A DNA stretch of 62,542 nucleotides, the filler included, from Methanobacteriota archaeon (GTDB lineage: Archaea; JACRDV01), in NCBI GenBank assembly GCA_024860865.1. It is 9 parts of 9 records of this genome, joined end to end, with 100 filler letters (N's around TTAATTAATTAA, not from the genome) between each part and the next. Parts side by side here need not be neighbours in the genome. Positions count along the whole stretch, not along the records: positions 37,777 to 43,496 come from JACRDV010000118.1; positions 43,597 to 52,492 come from JACRDV010000119.1; 7 more parts are not named here. One strand, 5' to 3'. Within the stretch, counting starts at the first letter, position 1. Every line of letters starts with the position of its first letter. The translations under genes and the position numbers were made by a program. The notes below the pieces were generated by a model, which worked only from the letters and a program-made list of their open reading frames with translations, made no database searches and was not told where the DNA came from. Positions 40,971 through 51,494 of the stretch are shown here, piece after piece.

Positions 40971-42311
40971 TTGAGTGGGGCAATTAAATTGAATTTTACA
41001 GAATTAAAAAAATTTATTGAAGATTCGAGCGCTAAAATTGTTGTAGTTGGATTAGGTTATGTTGGTCTTCCAACCTCAGCATTATTCGCGAGAGCTGGTT
41101 TCGATGTTACTGGAACTGATATCAATAGAGAGTTAATTGAGAAGATAAATCGAGGACAGTGCCCCGCGGTTGAACCAGGGCTTTTGGATTTAGTTGTGAA
41201 AGCTGTTAAGAAAGGTAAACTAAAAGCCGATAGCGATACTGTTTCGGCAGTCGAAAAGGCAAATGTGGCTGTAATAGTCGTAAATACACCAATTCAGGGC
41301 TCAGATATTGATTTAATGCCTCTGGAGGAAGCATCTAAAGCTGTTGGAAAAGGCTTACAAAAAGGAACTTTAGTTGTTATTGAGAGCACAATTCCACCTA
41401 AAACCACTGAAGATTTCGTGATTCCAATATTAGAAGAACAATCAAATTTAAAAGCTGGATATGATTTTTGGGTTGCTTATTCTCCTGAACAGGCGATTCC
41501 TGGTAAATTTTTAGATGAAATGCGAAATCAACCCAGAATTATTGCTGGAATAAATCCTGAAAGCACAGAGCTTGCTGCTACCTTATACAAAAAGATAGTT
41601 GATGCCAAAATCGTTGAAGTAAATAACCCGGCTGTTGCTGAGCTCGCAAAAATTTTACAAAATACTTATCGAGATGTTAACATTGCACTGGCAAATGAAA
41701 TTGCATTAATATGTGAAAAACTTGGAATTGATGTCCATGAAGCAATTGAGCTTGCTAACATTCATCCAAGAGTGCATCTTCACAAACCAGGAGCCGGTGT
41801 TGGCGGACCTTGTATACCGAGGGACCCACTTTTTCTAATTGAAAAAGCAAGGGAAGTGGAAGTTAAACCAAGATTGATTGAGCTTGCGCGCCAGATAAAC
41901 GAAGAGATGCCTGACCATGTGGTTCGCTTAACATTAGAGGCTTTTGAAGAATCAAAAAGACAAATTGCTAATGCAAAAATCGCAGTGCTCGGAGTGGCGT
42001 ATAAAAAAGATGTTAACGATGTTCGAGCCTCACCTGCTAAACCTATCATTCAAGGCTTACTAAAACATGGGGCTGAAGTCGTTGTGCACGATCCTTATTG
42101 TAACGAAACCTTTGGCGGAAAGCCCGCAAAAACGCTTGAAGAAGCATTAGATTATGCAGCTGCCGCAATTATAGTAACTGACCATTCAGCTTATGAAAGG
42201 ATTAACATCGATTACCTAATGGAACACATGCAAAACGTGACTATTGTCATAGATGCTCGTGGAGTACTACCTTCTGTGTCCAAACCAAATCTGGTTTTCA
42301 AAAGGATTTAA
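40971..42311 (+). CDS. Nucleotide-sugar 6-dehydrogenase (WecC-like)
   Basis: GLGYVGLP, ESTIPP, NTYRDVNIALANE, GVGGPCIP.DP, GVAYK. Confidence 0.92.
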   Translation: MSGAIKLNFTELKKFIEDSSAKIVVVGLGYVGLPTSALFARAGFDVTGTDINRELIEKINRGQCPAVEPGLLDLVVKAVKKGKLKADSDTVSAVEKANVAVIVVNTPIQGSDIDLMPLEEASKAVGKGLQKGTLVVIESTIPPKTTEDFVIPILEEQSNLKAGYDFWVAYSPEQAIPGKFLDEMRNQPRIIAGINPESTELAATLYKKIVDAKIVEVNNPAVAELAKILQNTYRDVNIALANEIALICEKLGIDVHEAIELANIHPRVHLHKPGAGVGGPCIPRDPLFLIEKAREVEVKPRLIELARQINEEMPDHVVRLTLEAFEESKRQIANAKIAVLGVAYKKDVNDVRASPAKPIIQGLLKHGAEVVVHDPYCNETFGGKPAKTLEEALDYAAAAIIVTDHSAYERINIDYLMEHMQNVTIVIDARGVLPSVSKPNLVFKRI

Positions 42312-42429
42312 AATTTGCATTTTTTGCAAGATAAAACATTTTTTGCGAAATAAAATTAGTTAATTTCTTATATCGTTCGCTCTAAGTTACTGAGATATCC
42401 AATACTCTGTATAGCAAACTGGAGTCAAA

Positions 42430-42735
42430 ATGGGAAGCATATTATATATAGCGCTATTCTTTGCCTTTGAAATTATCATTGCGATAACCATGGGCATTGC
42501 GCTATCTAGTATTTTTGGTAAAAGAAAGAAAAGCCTGACAATTTTGAGCTTATTTGTGCCTATCTGGTCAGCAATGGTAATATTTGCTGTGATATACTTT
42601 TGGATTTTTAGTGTGCAAATTTCTGGAACTGAACCTTTTATTTTGTATTTAGCTTTAGCTGTAATATCTTGGGGGCCAATTCTCGCTCTACTTTTTAATA
42701 TGTTTTTATTTCCTATTGTTAGAATACATAAGTGA
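42430..42735 (+). CDS. Small membrane protein
   Basis: Three hydrophobic helices. Confidence 0.55.
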   Translation: MGSILYIALFFAFEIIIAITMGIALSSIFGKRKKSLTILSLFVPIWSAMVIFAVIYFWIFSVQISGTEPFILYLALAVISWGPILALLFNMFLFPIVRIHK

Positions 42736-42761
42736 AAACTGTTTGATCTGACGGGATAGTA

Positions 42762-43496
42762 TTGAATATTCTGGTTTTTGAATATGCTGTTGGTGGAGGA
42801 TTTAAAAAAGAGATTGATCCATGGATACTTGCTGAAGGCTATGCGATGTTTTCAACAATTGCTAGTGGATTTAAAAAAGCAGGTCATATAATTACTGGAT
42901 TGGTTGACAATAGATTCTACGCTTTAAAATTCTTGGATGAACAAATTAAAGTTGAGCCGGGTAAACATCTTGAAAAACTAAAAAATGCAACTAAAGAATG
43001 TGATATTGATGCTGTTTTTGTTATAGCTCCTGAGTCAAATTCTGAACTTTATTTTGCAAGCAAAATAATAGAGGATAACGGCATTGTTTTACTTGGGAGT
43101 TCAAGCGAGGGTATTAAAACAACTTCAATTAAGGCGCATACATATCGAATTCTTAAAAATAAAGTGCCATTGCCTCCAACAAAGATAACGACTTTTAAAC
43201 TAACTGAGGCAAAACTTGCAGTTAAAGAGGTTGGAGGCTATCCAGTTGTTGTAAAATCAGTTGACGGCGTTGCTTGTTCGGGATTGAGTTTTGTTAAAAA
43301 TGATGCGCAACTTTTGCAAGCGCTGATAAAAACAAATAAAATTTCAAAATTTCAATATTGCTTAGTTCAAAAATATTTAGAGGGTATACATGCTAGCGTA
43401 AGTTTAATTTGCAACGGGCACTCTGCATTTCCGCTTTCACTTAATCAACAATTTATTAAACTTAATCTCCCAGAAGCTGAATCGAAATATTTTGGA
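42762..43496 (+). CDS. mfnD: ATP-grasp ligase, tyramine-L-glutamate ligase-like (partial)
   Basis: ILVFEYA.GGG, EGYAM, IAPE, DGVACSG, SLNQQ. Confidence 0.75.
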
Positions 43497-43596
43497 NNNN
43501 NNNNNNNNNNNNNNNNNNNNNNNNNNNNNNNNNNNNNNNNTTAATTAATTAANNNNNNNNNNNNNNNNNNNNNNNNNNNNNNNNNNNNNNNNNNNN

Positions 43597-44285
43597 CCGA
43601 AAACACTAGCTACTGCCATGCCAGCAACAATTAGTCCAGGATAAATTTCCTTTGTGTACTCAACAACTGCTTTCTCTGCATTCTCAGCATCCATCCAAGA
43701 GTGGCCCTTTATCTCAATTCCATTGAGCTTTTTCGCAGCTATAGCTGCAACTGAAGCTTCATGTCCAGTAGCATCTATCACTATCCTTGATTTTATGGAA
43801 AGAGGATCAAAGCATGTCAGATTTTTAGGCAAGAGAGAAGTGAAGAACCAATTAATAACTATGCCTGCAATTCTGTTCTCTTTTACAATTATGTCCTCGG
43901 CAATCATATTGTTAAAGAGCTTTACACCAGCATCAGAAGCAGCAGAGAGAAGTTTTGAAACTCCTTCAAGCGAGTCTCCGATGTAAAGGTAACTGTTCAG
44001 TGGCTTCAGCTTTATTCCAAACTCTCTAGCAATTTTATCAGCTGGCTCCTCAATCAAAAATTTTGGAAAGGCTAATCCACCTTGCCAGAGACCACCGCCA
44101 GCATGAACATTTCTTTCGAGTAAAACTACCTTAAAGCCTTGCTTGGCTAAATAATAAGAGCAAACCAATCCTGCAGGACCAGCGCCTACAACCACAACAT
44201 CTGAATTTGAATACGCAGCCAAATCGTTTAGGAATTCTTTCGTTATTTCTTGAGTTATTTCTGCCTCGTCTATCATGAATTTCAC
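43597..44285 (-). CDS. thi4: Thiazole synthase Thi4, Cys-containing type (partial)
   Basis: GAGPAGL, GGGLW.GG, INW..LTCFDP, DATGHEA, GMAV. Confidence 0.92.
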
Positions 44286-44360
44286 CCCTCAATTTAAGCT
44301 AATTGTTTGATAACTAACTTTATTTTAACTGACAGCCTATAAAGATTTTTTTATTAGGCC

Positions 44361-44786
44361 TTATTTTGCCTCAACTGGGACTTCTTTAGGCTCTAATTTA
44401 TCATAAATAAAGGCTCTGAATTTAGTTTCATATTTTTGAAGCGAAATAATTAACCATACTTCCTTTGGCCAGAGTTTCATGGCTTCTATGTCATAGCCAC
44501 TTGGATATGCCGCAAACTCAGGATGGGAGTGATAAAATCCAACTAGCTCTAAACCCTCTTTATCAGCCATCGAGACAGCATTATAGATTTCGCGAGGATC
44601 GATGTCAAAGCGAGTTGTCGATTCTAATCTATTTTTAGCATGAACAACCTTTTTTACAAGGATTTCTCCATCATTTTCTTTCCCGAAAAGAAAACCACAG
44701 CACTCAATTGGAAAAGTCTTTTTGGCTGCGTCTTCCAGTTCTTTGAGCAACTCTATGGGTACAACAAGCTTTTGGCTCATTTTCAA
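44361..44786 (-). CDS. JAB/MPN+ metalloprotease (Mec/desampylase-like)
   Basis: P.ECCG.L.G, YHSHP..AYPS.YD. Confidence 0.92.
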   Translation of the reverse strand: MKMSQKLVVPIELLKELEDAAKKTFPIECCGFLFGKENDGEILVKKVVHAKNRLESTTRFDIDPREIYNAVSMADKEGLELVGFYHSHPEFAAYPSGYDIEAMKLWPKEVWLIISLQKYETKFRAFIYDKLEPKEVPVEAK

Positions 44787-44906
44787 TTTCCCTTCACTGA
44801 TTTGCTAAAAAGTATTAACTCCCGTTCAGAGTTATTTAAATATACTCTAAATTTAATGAATATAAATTTTAGAGTTTCGTTACGTAAAATAGTCAGAAAG
44901 ATTCTC

Positions 44907-45860
44907 ATGATAACGGTAGGATTTTCCCCGCACTGGATTGAAGCATTGGAGCACATGGAAAAGGAAATGAAAAAACATGATGTAATAGTGCTTGAAGAAC
45001 CTCAGAACCTTGCCTTCGAAAACATGTTAAAGGAAAAGATCAGCACAGATGAGTATTTGGGTTACTTATTCAATGATACTTATAATCTTTCTCCAGCATT
45101 TCCGAGATTCGCGAGAGAAATGTGCGAAATTTTAAGGAAGCTATACAAAGAAGGAAAGATAATCGATCAAGAAGATCCTTACTATCTTGTTCTTGAGGGG
45201 ATATACCGAACAATTGATACAAGAAAAGAAAACTCATCTTCTGGGGAAATCATCCAAGAAATTCTAAGAGACCCTCAAATGAAAAAAGTATATTTAAGTG
45301 AAAGTAGGGCGCAGGGCTTTCTTTTAAATTATTACAACAAGGTTCTAAGTGGTAGTTTTAATGATGTAGTAAAAAATGTAAAAGAGTTTGCAAAGGCAGA
45401 TGCTGAGAGGATAAAATTAAGATTAAAAATGAGAGCAGAATCTATTTCGAATAAAATAAAAAAAGGCAAATACAAAGGAAGTATCTATGTCGAAGCAGGA
45501 GGCATTCACCTTCCATTACTTTTATACCTAAGAGAAAATCTTGGAGATGCTTTTAAGATCAAGCCAATTTTTCTCCTTGAAGAGCCAACCAGGGAAATGA
45601 CAGCGGGCAGATTTCGTCATATCCTCCCTCCTGGAGATGTATTAACGCTGAGATATATGTGGGGAAAGATAAATGAAGAGCGAGATGATCTGCTTGCTGC
45701 GCGCAGCATAATACGGATTATGCTGTTAGAAAGATGGAAAGAAAAAGCGCCCTCTCAATTGAAGTTTCCGCATTTGAAAGAGGAAACAAAGTTAATTAAA
45801 TCCGTTGGGAAATTGAGCCTCAAAGATTGTGAAAACTTATTCAAACAAATTAGAAAATAA
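44907..45860 (+). CDS. Hypothetical protein, TraB/Tiki-like motifs
   Basis: GFSPH..VIVLEEP..YVEAG.IH; start reassigned to ATG 44907. Confidence 0.55.
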   Translation: MITVGFSPHWIEALEHMEKEMKKHDVIVLEEPQNLAFENMLKEKISTDEYLGYLFNDTYNLSPAFPRFAREMCEILRKLYKEGKIIDQEDPYYLVLEGIYRTIDTRKENSSSGEIIQEILRDPQMKKVYLSESRAQGFLLNYYNKVLSGSFNDVVKNVKEFAKADAERIKLRLKMRAESISNKIKKGKYKGSIYVEAGGIHLPLLLYLRENLGDAFKIKPIFLLEEPTREMTAGRFRHILPPGDVLTLRYMWGKINEERDDLLAARSIIRIMLLERWKEKAPSQLKFPHLKEETKLIKSVGKLSLKDCENLFKQIRK

Positions 45861-46028
45861 GTTAACCTTCTAAAAAATTTTGTATTTTTAAATTTCTTAG
45901 TGGAATTTGCCAAAGTTGACAGCTAGCTTATCCATAATGCGCGTAATCATGCGCACTCAATCGGTATTCCTTTGCCCCTAACAATTACCTCATCATAAAC
46001 TTTGGTTAAGCCCGCGTGAATACTTCTA

Positions 46029-46769
46029 TCAATTTCTGGACTTCTTTTTCTCATCTATTATTCTAATGAGTTCATTAACATTCATGAAAGCATCAGCGAT
46101 TATTCTCTCTTTTTCCTCTTTACCAGAAGGATTTAAGAAATTTGCAACCCACGTTGGGCCTTCTGCTGTTATGCTGCTGAACTTACTCCTTACGTTATCT
46201 ATGCCTTCCGCAATCAATTTATCGTCTACATATGGAGCAATCTCAGCAGCTACGTCCTCTGGGCCACCTTTATAATTCGCAGTTATAGAATAAACGTCAT
46301 AGGCGTCTTTTTCCTTGTATCTCTCCTTTAATGCGAATCCTTTCGTAGTTATACACCCAACTACGTCAGCGATTTTAATCCCTACTAAAGTTTCTCCGTC
46401 TCCGGGGAGTATTCCTATCAATTCGTATTCTAAATAATGTTCAAATGCTATATCGCACCCACGCATGGTTCTTGCGAGCAAATCTCGCTGTACTTGTTTA
46501 TGTCTTCGCTCTCTCTCAAATTGGATACTCAAAAAATCTACAGAGATATTATACTCTTTATTATCAGCTGGTGAGATTATTTTTCTGTCGAAACTGTAGG
46601 GGATTATATTCCCCAACCTATCTTTTCTCGGCACATACCCGCGATCTTTGATTATCTCTACTATTGTTGCATAGGCAACGCTGTCAACTATGTCGGGGTT
46701 AACAGCGATATCTATATCAATTGAGACCATTTTCACTATTTCTATTATTTTCACCGTACGGTGAAACAT
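46029..46769 (-). pseudogene. AbiEii-like nucleotidyltransferase, 5'-truncated
   Basis: SIDIDI, VDFL, K...L..R.KEKDAYD; N-terminal GG motif absent. Confidence 0.6.
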
Positions 46770-46924
46770 ATAAATTATCGAAAGTCTTCAATTTAAGTGA
46801 GAGTTTTACAAAGGAATTTTGCCCAGCCCTCCTGTTGCAGGGTATGAACTAAAAAAACAAGTTTTTGCGGTTGTATTGTTGCATCTAAAGAGGGGTTGTG
46901 GTGGTTTTTCTGCTTCGGCTATCA

Positions 46925-47047
46925 CTAGTTGAGACTCTCGTGAGCCCTGGAGCCGAATAAAACTAGCTTTCCATCAACAGCGATAACTTTTCCGTGGGTC
47001 TGTGTTGCTGGAATGAGCACGTTTAGAAACTTTTCATTTTCTTCCAT
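46925..47047 (-). pseudogene. Phospholipase D (HKD) domain remnant
   Basis: 40-aa frame containing THGKVIAVDGKLVLFGS. Confidence 0.5.
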
Positions 47048-47178
47048 ATCAACTATTTTCCATCTGTAGTTAGACTCGTAAAAGTGGGGATTAACCTTAG
47101 GTTTTAAGCAGCAAAGTAAAATTTGAAAATAAACAAAAAATCGACTTATGTGTTTTTGAATGTTTTACAACTAGATAG

Positions 47179-48444
47179 CTAGGCAGAATTCCTTCGCCAA
47201 ATAACTCCGGCAGGCTTTAATTCATCAAGTAATTTTTTAAAAGCTTCAAAAGATGGTTCAATTGTTGGAGGCTTTATTAATTTCTCAGCAATGGTTTCTT
47301 GTGTTTTTAGACCATTACCTGTGATGTAAAGAACTATTTTTTCATCCCGATCGATTTCTCCTTCTTCTGCTAATTTCTTAAGAGTCGCTACTACAACTCC
47401 GCCAGCTGGCTCAGTGAATATTCCTTCAGTTTTAGCCAAGAGCTCAATTGCTCCCAAGGTTTCTTCATCTGTTGAAGCTCTACCAGTCCCGCCGGTATTT
47501 TTCATTGTTTGGATAGCATAATAACCATCAGCAGGGTCTCCGATAGCTAGACTTTTGCAGATAGTGTTAGGGTGTTCAACCGGTATTATCTCATCAGTTT
47601 TGTTCAACAGAGCTTGAATAATTGGGGAACAACCATTTGGTTGAGCTCCAGAAATTTTTACATGGTTTTCTTTGATCAGACCAACTCGCTCAAACTCTTG
47701 AAAACCTCTTCCAATAGAATGTAAAAGTGCGCCGCTAGCCATGGGTACAATAACATGGTCTGGAGGATTCCATCCTAGTTGTTCACAAACCTCAAAAGCC
47801 AGCGTTTTAGAGCCTTCAACATAATATGGACGGATGTTAATGTTAGCAAAACCAATGTTGCTAGTGACAGCCAACTCTGTAGCTAGTCTGTTGACTTGAT
47901 CGTATGTTCCTTTAACAGCTACAATAATGGCCCCATAGGCCAGTGTTTGTGTTATCTTCGTAATCTCAAGACCCTCTGGAACGAAAACAAAACAAGGTAG
48001 CCCCGCCTTCGCGGCATGAGCTGCTAAAGCACCTGCAAGATTGCCAGTTGATGCACATCCTACTGCAGGCATACCAAATTCTAAGGCTTTAGTGACAGCA
48101 ACGCTTGCAGGCCTATCCTTAAAAGAATAGCTTGGGTTAACCGCATCATTTTTCAAGTAAACTTCTTTTAGACCCAATTCTTTTGCGAGTTTATCCGCTT
48201 TCAGAAGCGGAGTAAACCCTGCTCCAATATCTACTATTTTGTCTGTATCGTCAATTGGAAGCAATTCGATGTATCGCCATAAAGTTGGCTTTCTTTTTTC
48301 AATTTTAGTTCGAGATATTGCGCTTGAAATTTTATCGTAATCATAAATGACATCAACTGGTCCGAAGCACAGCTGACAAGCATTCAGCACTTTTTTAGGA
48401 TAGTGCTCTTTGCATTCTCTGCATTCAAGTCCTATTGCAAACAT
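47179..48444 (-). CDS. Threonine synthase-like PLP enzyme with N-terminal zinc ribbon
   Basis: CREC..CQLC, NPSYSFKDR, CASTGN, EGSKT, ITGNGLKT; start ATG 48444. Confidence 0.9.
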   Translation of the reverse strand: MFAIGLECRECKEHYPKKVLNACQLCFGPVDVIYDYDKISSAISRTKIEKRKPTLWRYIELLPIDDTDKIVDIGAGFTPLLKADKLAKELGLKEVYLKNDAVNPSYSFKDRPASVAVTKALEFGMPAVGCASTGNLAGALAAHAAKAGLPCFVFVPEGLEITKITQTLAYGAIIVAVKGTYDQVNRLATELAVTSNIGFANINIRPYYVEGSKTLAFEVCEQLGWNPPDHVIVPMASGALLHSIGRGFQEFERVGLIKENHVKISGAQPNGCSPIIQALLNKTDEIIPVEHPNTICKSLAIGDPADGYYAIQTMKNTGGTGRASTDEETLGAIELLAKTEGIFTEPAGGVVVATLKKLAEEGEIDRDEKIVLYITGNGLKTQETIAEKLIKPPTIEPSFEAFKKLLDELKPAGVIWRRNSA

Positions 48445-48445
48445 G

Positions 48446-48979
48446 TTATTTCTTCCACCAGCAGACTTCTCCTCCAAACTCAACCAAGCGCCTTCTGAGG
48501 TGGACATCCTTGAACCTCCCCCAAAGCCTTGGATCGATACGATCCAAAGCGACTTTAGTTTTAATACCTCGTTCTAAAGTGAATTTGCAATCTAAACTGC
48601 AAGGAATATAACCATAAGAACCGAGAAAGAATTCGTTAGGAATGTGCTTGCCACTTTGAAGGGCCTTTATCTCTTCTTTTGATATTTTTTCGCTGAGCTT
48701 TGAACCCTGCTCAAGAAAAGCTTTTACACAGCACTGTGGAATTCCAAACCAATCGCCTCTAGCTTTAGTATCTTCAGCTAAAGCTTCAAGATCACCCTTA
48801 ACTTTAGCGACTAAATATTTCCCATTTTTATGTTTGTAAATGAGACCAAGATTTGTTATCAAAACCTCAAGATCTTTATCAGCATGTCTATTGATTTCAG
48901 CACCTTTTTTTATTCCCTCCTTTACCATAACTAAGTCTACAACTACACCGGGTTGTTCTTCAACCAAACTTTTTGCCAT
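48446..48979 (-). CDS. DUF483-like Cys-rich protein
   Basis: G.WFGIPQCCV.AF and YIPCS.DC motifs. Confidence 0.65.
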   Translation of the reverse strand: MAKSLVEEQPGVVVDLVMVKEGIKKGAEINRHADKDLEVLITNLGLIYKHKNGKYLVAKVKGDLEALAEDTKARGDWFGIPQCCVKAFLEQGSKLSEKISKEEIKALQSGKHIPNEFFLGSYGYIPCSLDCKFTLERGIKTKVALDRIDPRLWGRFKDVHLRRRLVEFGGEVCWWKK

Positions 48980-49018
48980 TTAGTGCGCTCCAATTTTTTC
49001 ATTTTAAATTTAAAATTT

Positions 49019-49258
49019 TCAAGTACTTTCTTTAACTTTGATCCAAATGCCCCAAAGTTTTTCACTTTCTTTCTCAACCTTTAGGACCTCATGCCCGAGG
49101 GTTTTTATACTTCGTGGAATATTTCTGGAAGCTGGCTCATAATCAACAATCACTTTTAAAATCTGATTTGGTTCCATCTCTTCTACTTGCAGTTTTGTTT
49201 TAACATAAGTGTAAGGGCAAACATCTCCTCTTAAATCGAGTTCGACATCAGGTTTCAT
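49019..49258 (-). CDS. tusA: TusA/SirA sulfur carrier
   Basis: LDLRGDVCPYTYVKTK. Confidence 0.9.
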   Translation of the reverse strand: MKPDVELDLRGDVCPYTYVKTKLQVEEMEPNQILKVIVDYEPASRNIPRSIKTLGHEVLKVEKESEKLWGIWIKVKEST

Positions 49259-49268
49259 TAAAAGCCTC

Positions 49269-50075
49269 CTAAATTACACATACATGGCCGTATTCTAATT
49301 GTGAAACATCAGTGATAGTAGGATTCTCTCCACACACAGGGCATTTCGGATCTTTATTGATCTGAAATTCGTTAAAAGCCATGTTAATTGCATCATAAAT
49401 CAATAATCTACCTTTGAGAAGAGTTCCTATTTTCAATATGTACTTTAGAACTTCAGTCGATTGTATTAGCGCAATAGTGCCCGGGACAGTTCCCAAAACT
49501 CCGCCTTCTTGGCAGGATGGAATCAATCCTTCTGGGGGCTGTTCCGGGAAAATACATCTATAGCAAGGTGTTTCGCCAGGTATAATTGTGGTGACTTGTC
49601 CTTCAAACCTAAAGACACTACCGTGGAATATTGGCTTCTTTTGAATTACACATGCATCATTTATTAAAAACCTAGTTGGAAAATTATCAGACCCATCGAG
49701 AACGGCATCATAATCTTTTATTATATCAAAAACATTTTTGGGAGTGACCATAGTTTGAAAAGTTTCAACTTTCACATTTGGATTTAAACTTTCTATGAAT
49801 TCTTTGGCAGATTCAGTTTTTGGTTTTCCAATATCTTTAGTTAAATGAATGACCTGCCTTTGGAGATTACTTACATCAACTTTATCAAAGTCTATGACTC
49901 CAAGTGTTCCAATGCCGGCAGCTGCAAGATATATTAACGCTGGTGCACCAAGTCCGCCGGCACCAACTACTAAAATTTTGGCGCTCCTTAATTTCTTCTG
50001 ACCCTTACCTCCAACTTCATTCAAAATTATTTGGCGACTGTATCTCTTAATCTCTTCTTCTGTGAATCCAAGCAT
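49269..50075 (-). CDS. E1-like MoeB/ThiF adenylyltransferase (UbaA type, no rhodanese)
   Basis: RYSRQI, GAGGLG, SNLQRQ, PCYRC, SCQEGG, CPVC. Confidence 0.95.
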   Translation of the reverse strand: MLGFTEEEIKRYSRQIILNEVGGKGQKKLRSAKILVVGAGGLGAPALIYLAAAGIGTLGVIDFDKVDVSNLQRQVIHLTKDIGKPKTESAKEFIESLNPNVKVETFQTMVTPKNVFDIIKDYDAVLDGSDNFPTRFLINDACVIQKKPIFHGSVFRFEGQVTTIIPGETPCYRCIFPEQPPEGLIPSCQEGGVLGTVPGTIALIQSTEVLKYILKIGTLLKGRLLIYDAINMAFNEFQINKDPKCPVCGENPTITDVSQLEYGHVCVI

Positions 50076-50104
50076 TGAACTCCCTTATAAAAAATTTTAG
50101 ATTA

Positions 50105-50386
50105 TTAACCTCCAGAAACAGCTGGTAAGATTGAAACTTCATCATTATCTTTAAGCGGCGTTTTTAAACCACCAGTAAGCCGAGTATCTTTTCCATTTAC
50201 AAAAACGTTTATAAACCTGCGAACTTTACCAGTTTTCTGGTCAATTAATCTTTCTTTGAAATCGTTTCCATATTTTGCAATGAGTTCTTCTACTAGCTGC
50301 TCGACCGTTGTTGCGTTTATATCGGTTTCTTTCTCTTGATTTGTTACAGCAGTCAAAACTGACGAGAAGCGCACTTTTACCGCCAG
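50105..50386 (-). CDS. MoaD/ThiS ubiquitin-like sulfur carrier (SAMP/CysO-like)
   Basis: INVFVNG.D, C-terminal PAVSGG; RBS GGAGGG points to a CTG start at 50386. Confidence 0.93.
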   Translation of the reverse strand: MAVKVRFSSVLTAVTNQEKETDINATTVEQLVEELIAKYGNDFKERLIDQKTGKVRRFINVFVNGKDTRLTGGLKTPLKDNDEVSILPAVSGG

Positions 50387-50537
50387 ATTTAACCCTCCAC
50401 GGCTCTCTGCATCGATAAAGTTTTAATAAATAAAACATTAAATTATACGTAAGAGTAATTTTAGAGCAAATTACTATTATATATCATTTTTCTCATAAAA
50501 TATGACTGTGAGTAATAAAAATTAATGAGATGAGAAA

Positions 50538-51101
50538 TTGGCCGAAGAATTTGACCAAGAAGAAATTAAACGATTAAGAAGACAAGCAAATATAACTCAA
50601 ACTGAATTAGCAAAACGAGCAGGTGTAAGTCAGTCGTTAATTGCGCGGATAGAAGCAGGCACGCTCGATCCAAGACTTTCTACCTTTAAAAAAATATTGG
50701 ATGCGCTCAAGCAAGTTCAAGTTGAGAAAAAACGCAAAGTCGAGGAACTAATGAGCAGCCCAGTTATCTATGTTGGCCCGGATGATACTGTTGTTAAAGT
50801 TGCGCGATTGATGCAAAAAAATTCTATTTCCCAACTTCCAGTTTTAGACAAGGGAATTCAGGTAGGTAGTGTTTCAGAAACTAGCGTAATTAATAGGATA
50901 GCCACAGAAGGGGATCCAACTAGGCTTGTAAATCTAAAAGTAGGAGAAATAATGGAGGATCCCTTTCCAACAGTTAGTAAAACTGCTAACCTAGATGTTG
51001 CAGTTTCATTATTGCGAAGTTCTCCTGCCGTATTAGTTGTAGATAAGGGGAGAGCAGTCGGAATAATTGCAAAAGCTGATGCAATCAAACTGTTGCGCTA
51101 A
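50538..51101 (+). CDS. XRE-HTH plus CBS-pair transcriptional regulator
   Basis: TQTELAKRAGVSQSLIARIE, ISQLPV, two CBS domains. Confidence 0.92.
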   Translation: MAEEFDQEEIKRLRRQANITQTELAKRAGVSQSLIARIEAGTLDPRLSTFKKILDALKQVQVEKKRKVEELMSSPVIYVGPDDTVVKVARLMQKNSISQLPVLDKGIQVGSVSETSVINRIATEGDPTRLVNLKVGEIMEDPFPTVSKTANLDVAVSLLRSSPAVLVVDKGRAVGIIAKADAIKLLR

Positions 51102-51137
51102 TTTAGGATTTGAGCGTTAAGGCTAGTTTTTTAAAAA

Positions 51138-51482
51138 TTATCTTTGGGCTCTATTACACTCTGTACAGAAAATTGTATCAGCAGGCATTTCAGCTCCACA
51201 AAATTTGCATTGTTGTACTTGAACTTGAGGCTGAATCATTAGTCTCTCTCTTGGAGTAGCTCCGTATATTGCCCATCCTAAACCAATAATAGCAATAATT
51301 GCTCCTAACAATTCCATATAGAGGGCTTGGCCATACTCAACCGTGGGTGAGCCATAAAAGCCGTAAATACCCGCCTTCTCCATTCCTGTTTGATAAATTT
51401 GGATCGCTATTAAGCCGTATACAAATATCAATACGCCAATTGCAAGTAAAAACATGCCAAAACCGAAATATCCAGCGCGCAT
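51138..51482 (-). CDS. Membrane protein with C-terminal zinc ribbon
   Basis: Two TM helices, CKFCG..FCTEC. Confidence 0.7.
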   Translation of the reverse strand: MRAGYFGFGMFLLAIGVLIFVYGLIAIQIYQTGMEKAGIYGFYGSPTVEYGQALYMELLGAIIAIIGLGWAIYGATPRERLMIQPQVQVQQCKFCGAEMPADTIFCTECNRAQR

Positions 51483-51494
51483 AGATCCTCTCGA

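Noticed and set aside
44640-44906. N-terminal extension of the 406-aa ORF
   Set aside because: Overlaps the JAB gene antisense; ATG 44907 is the more plausible start
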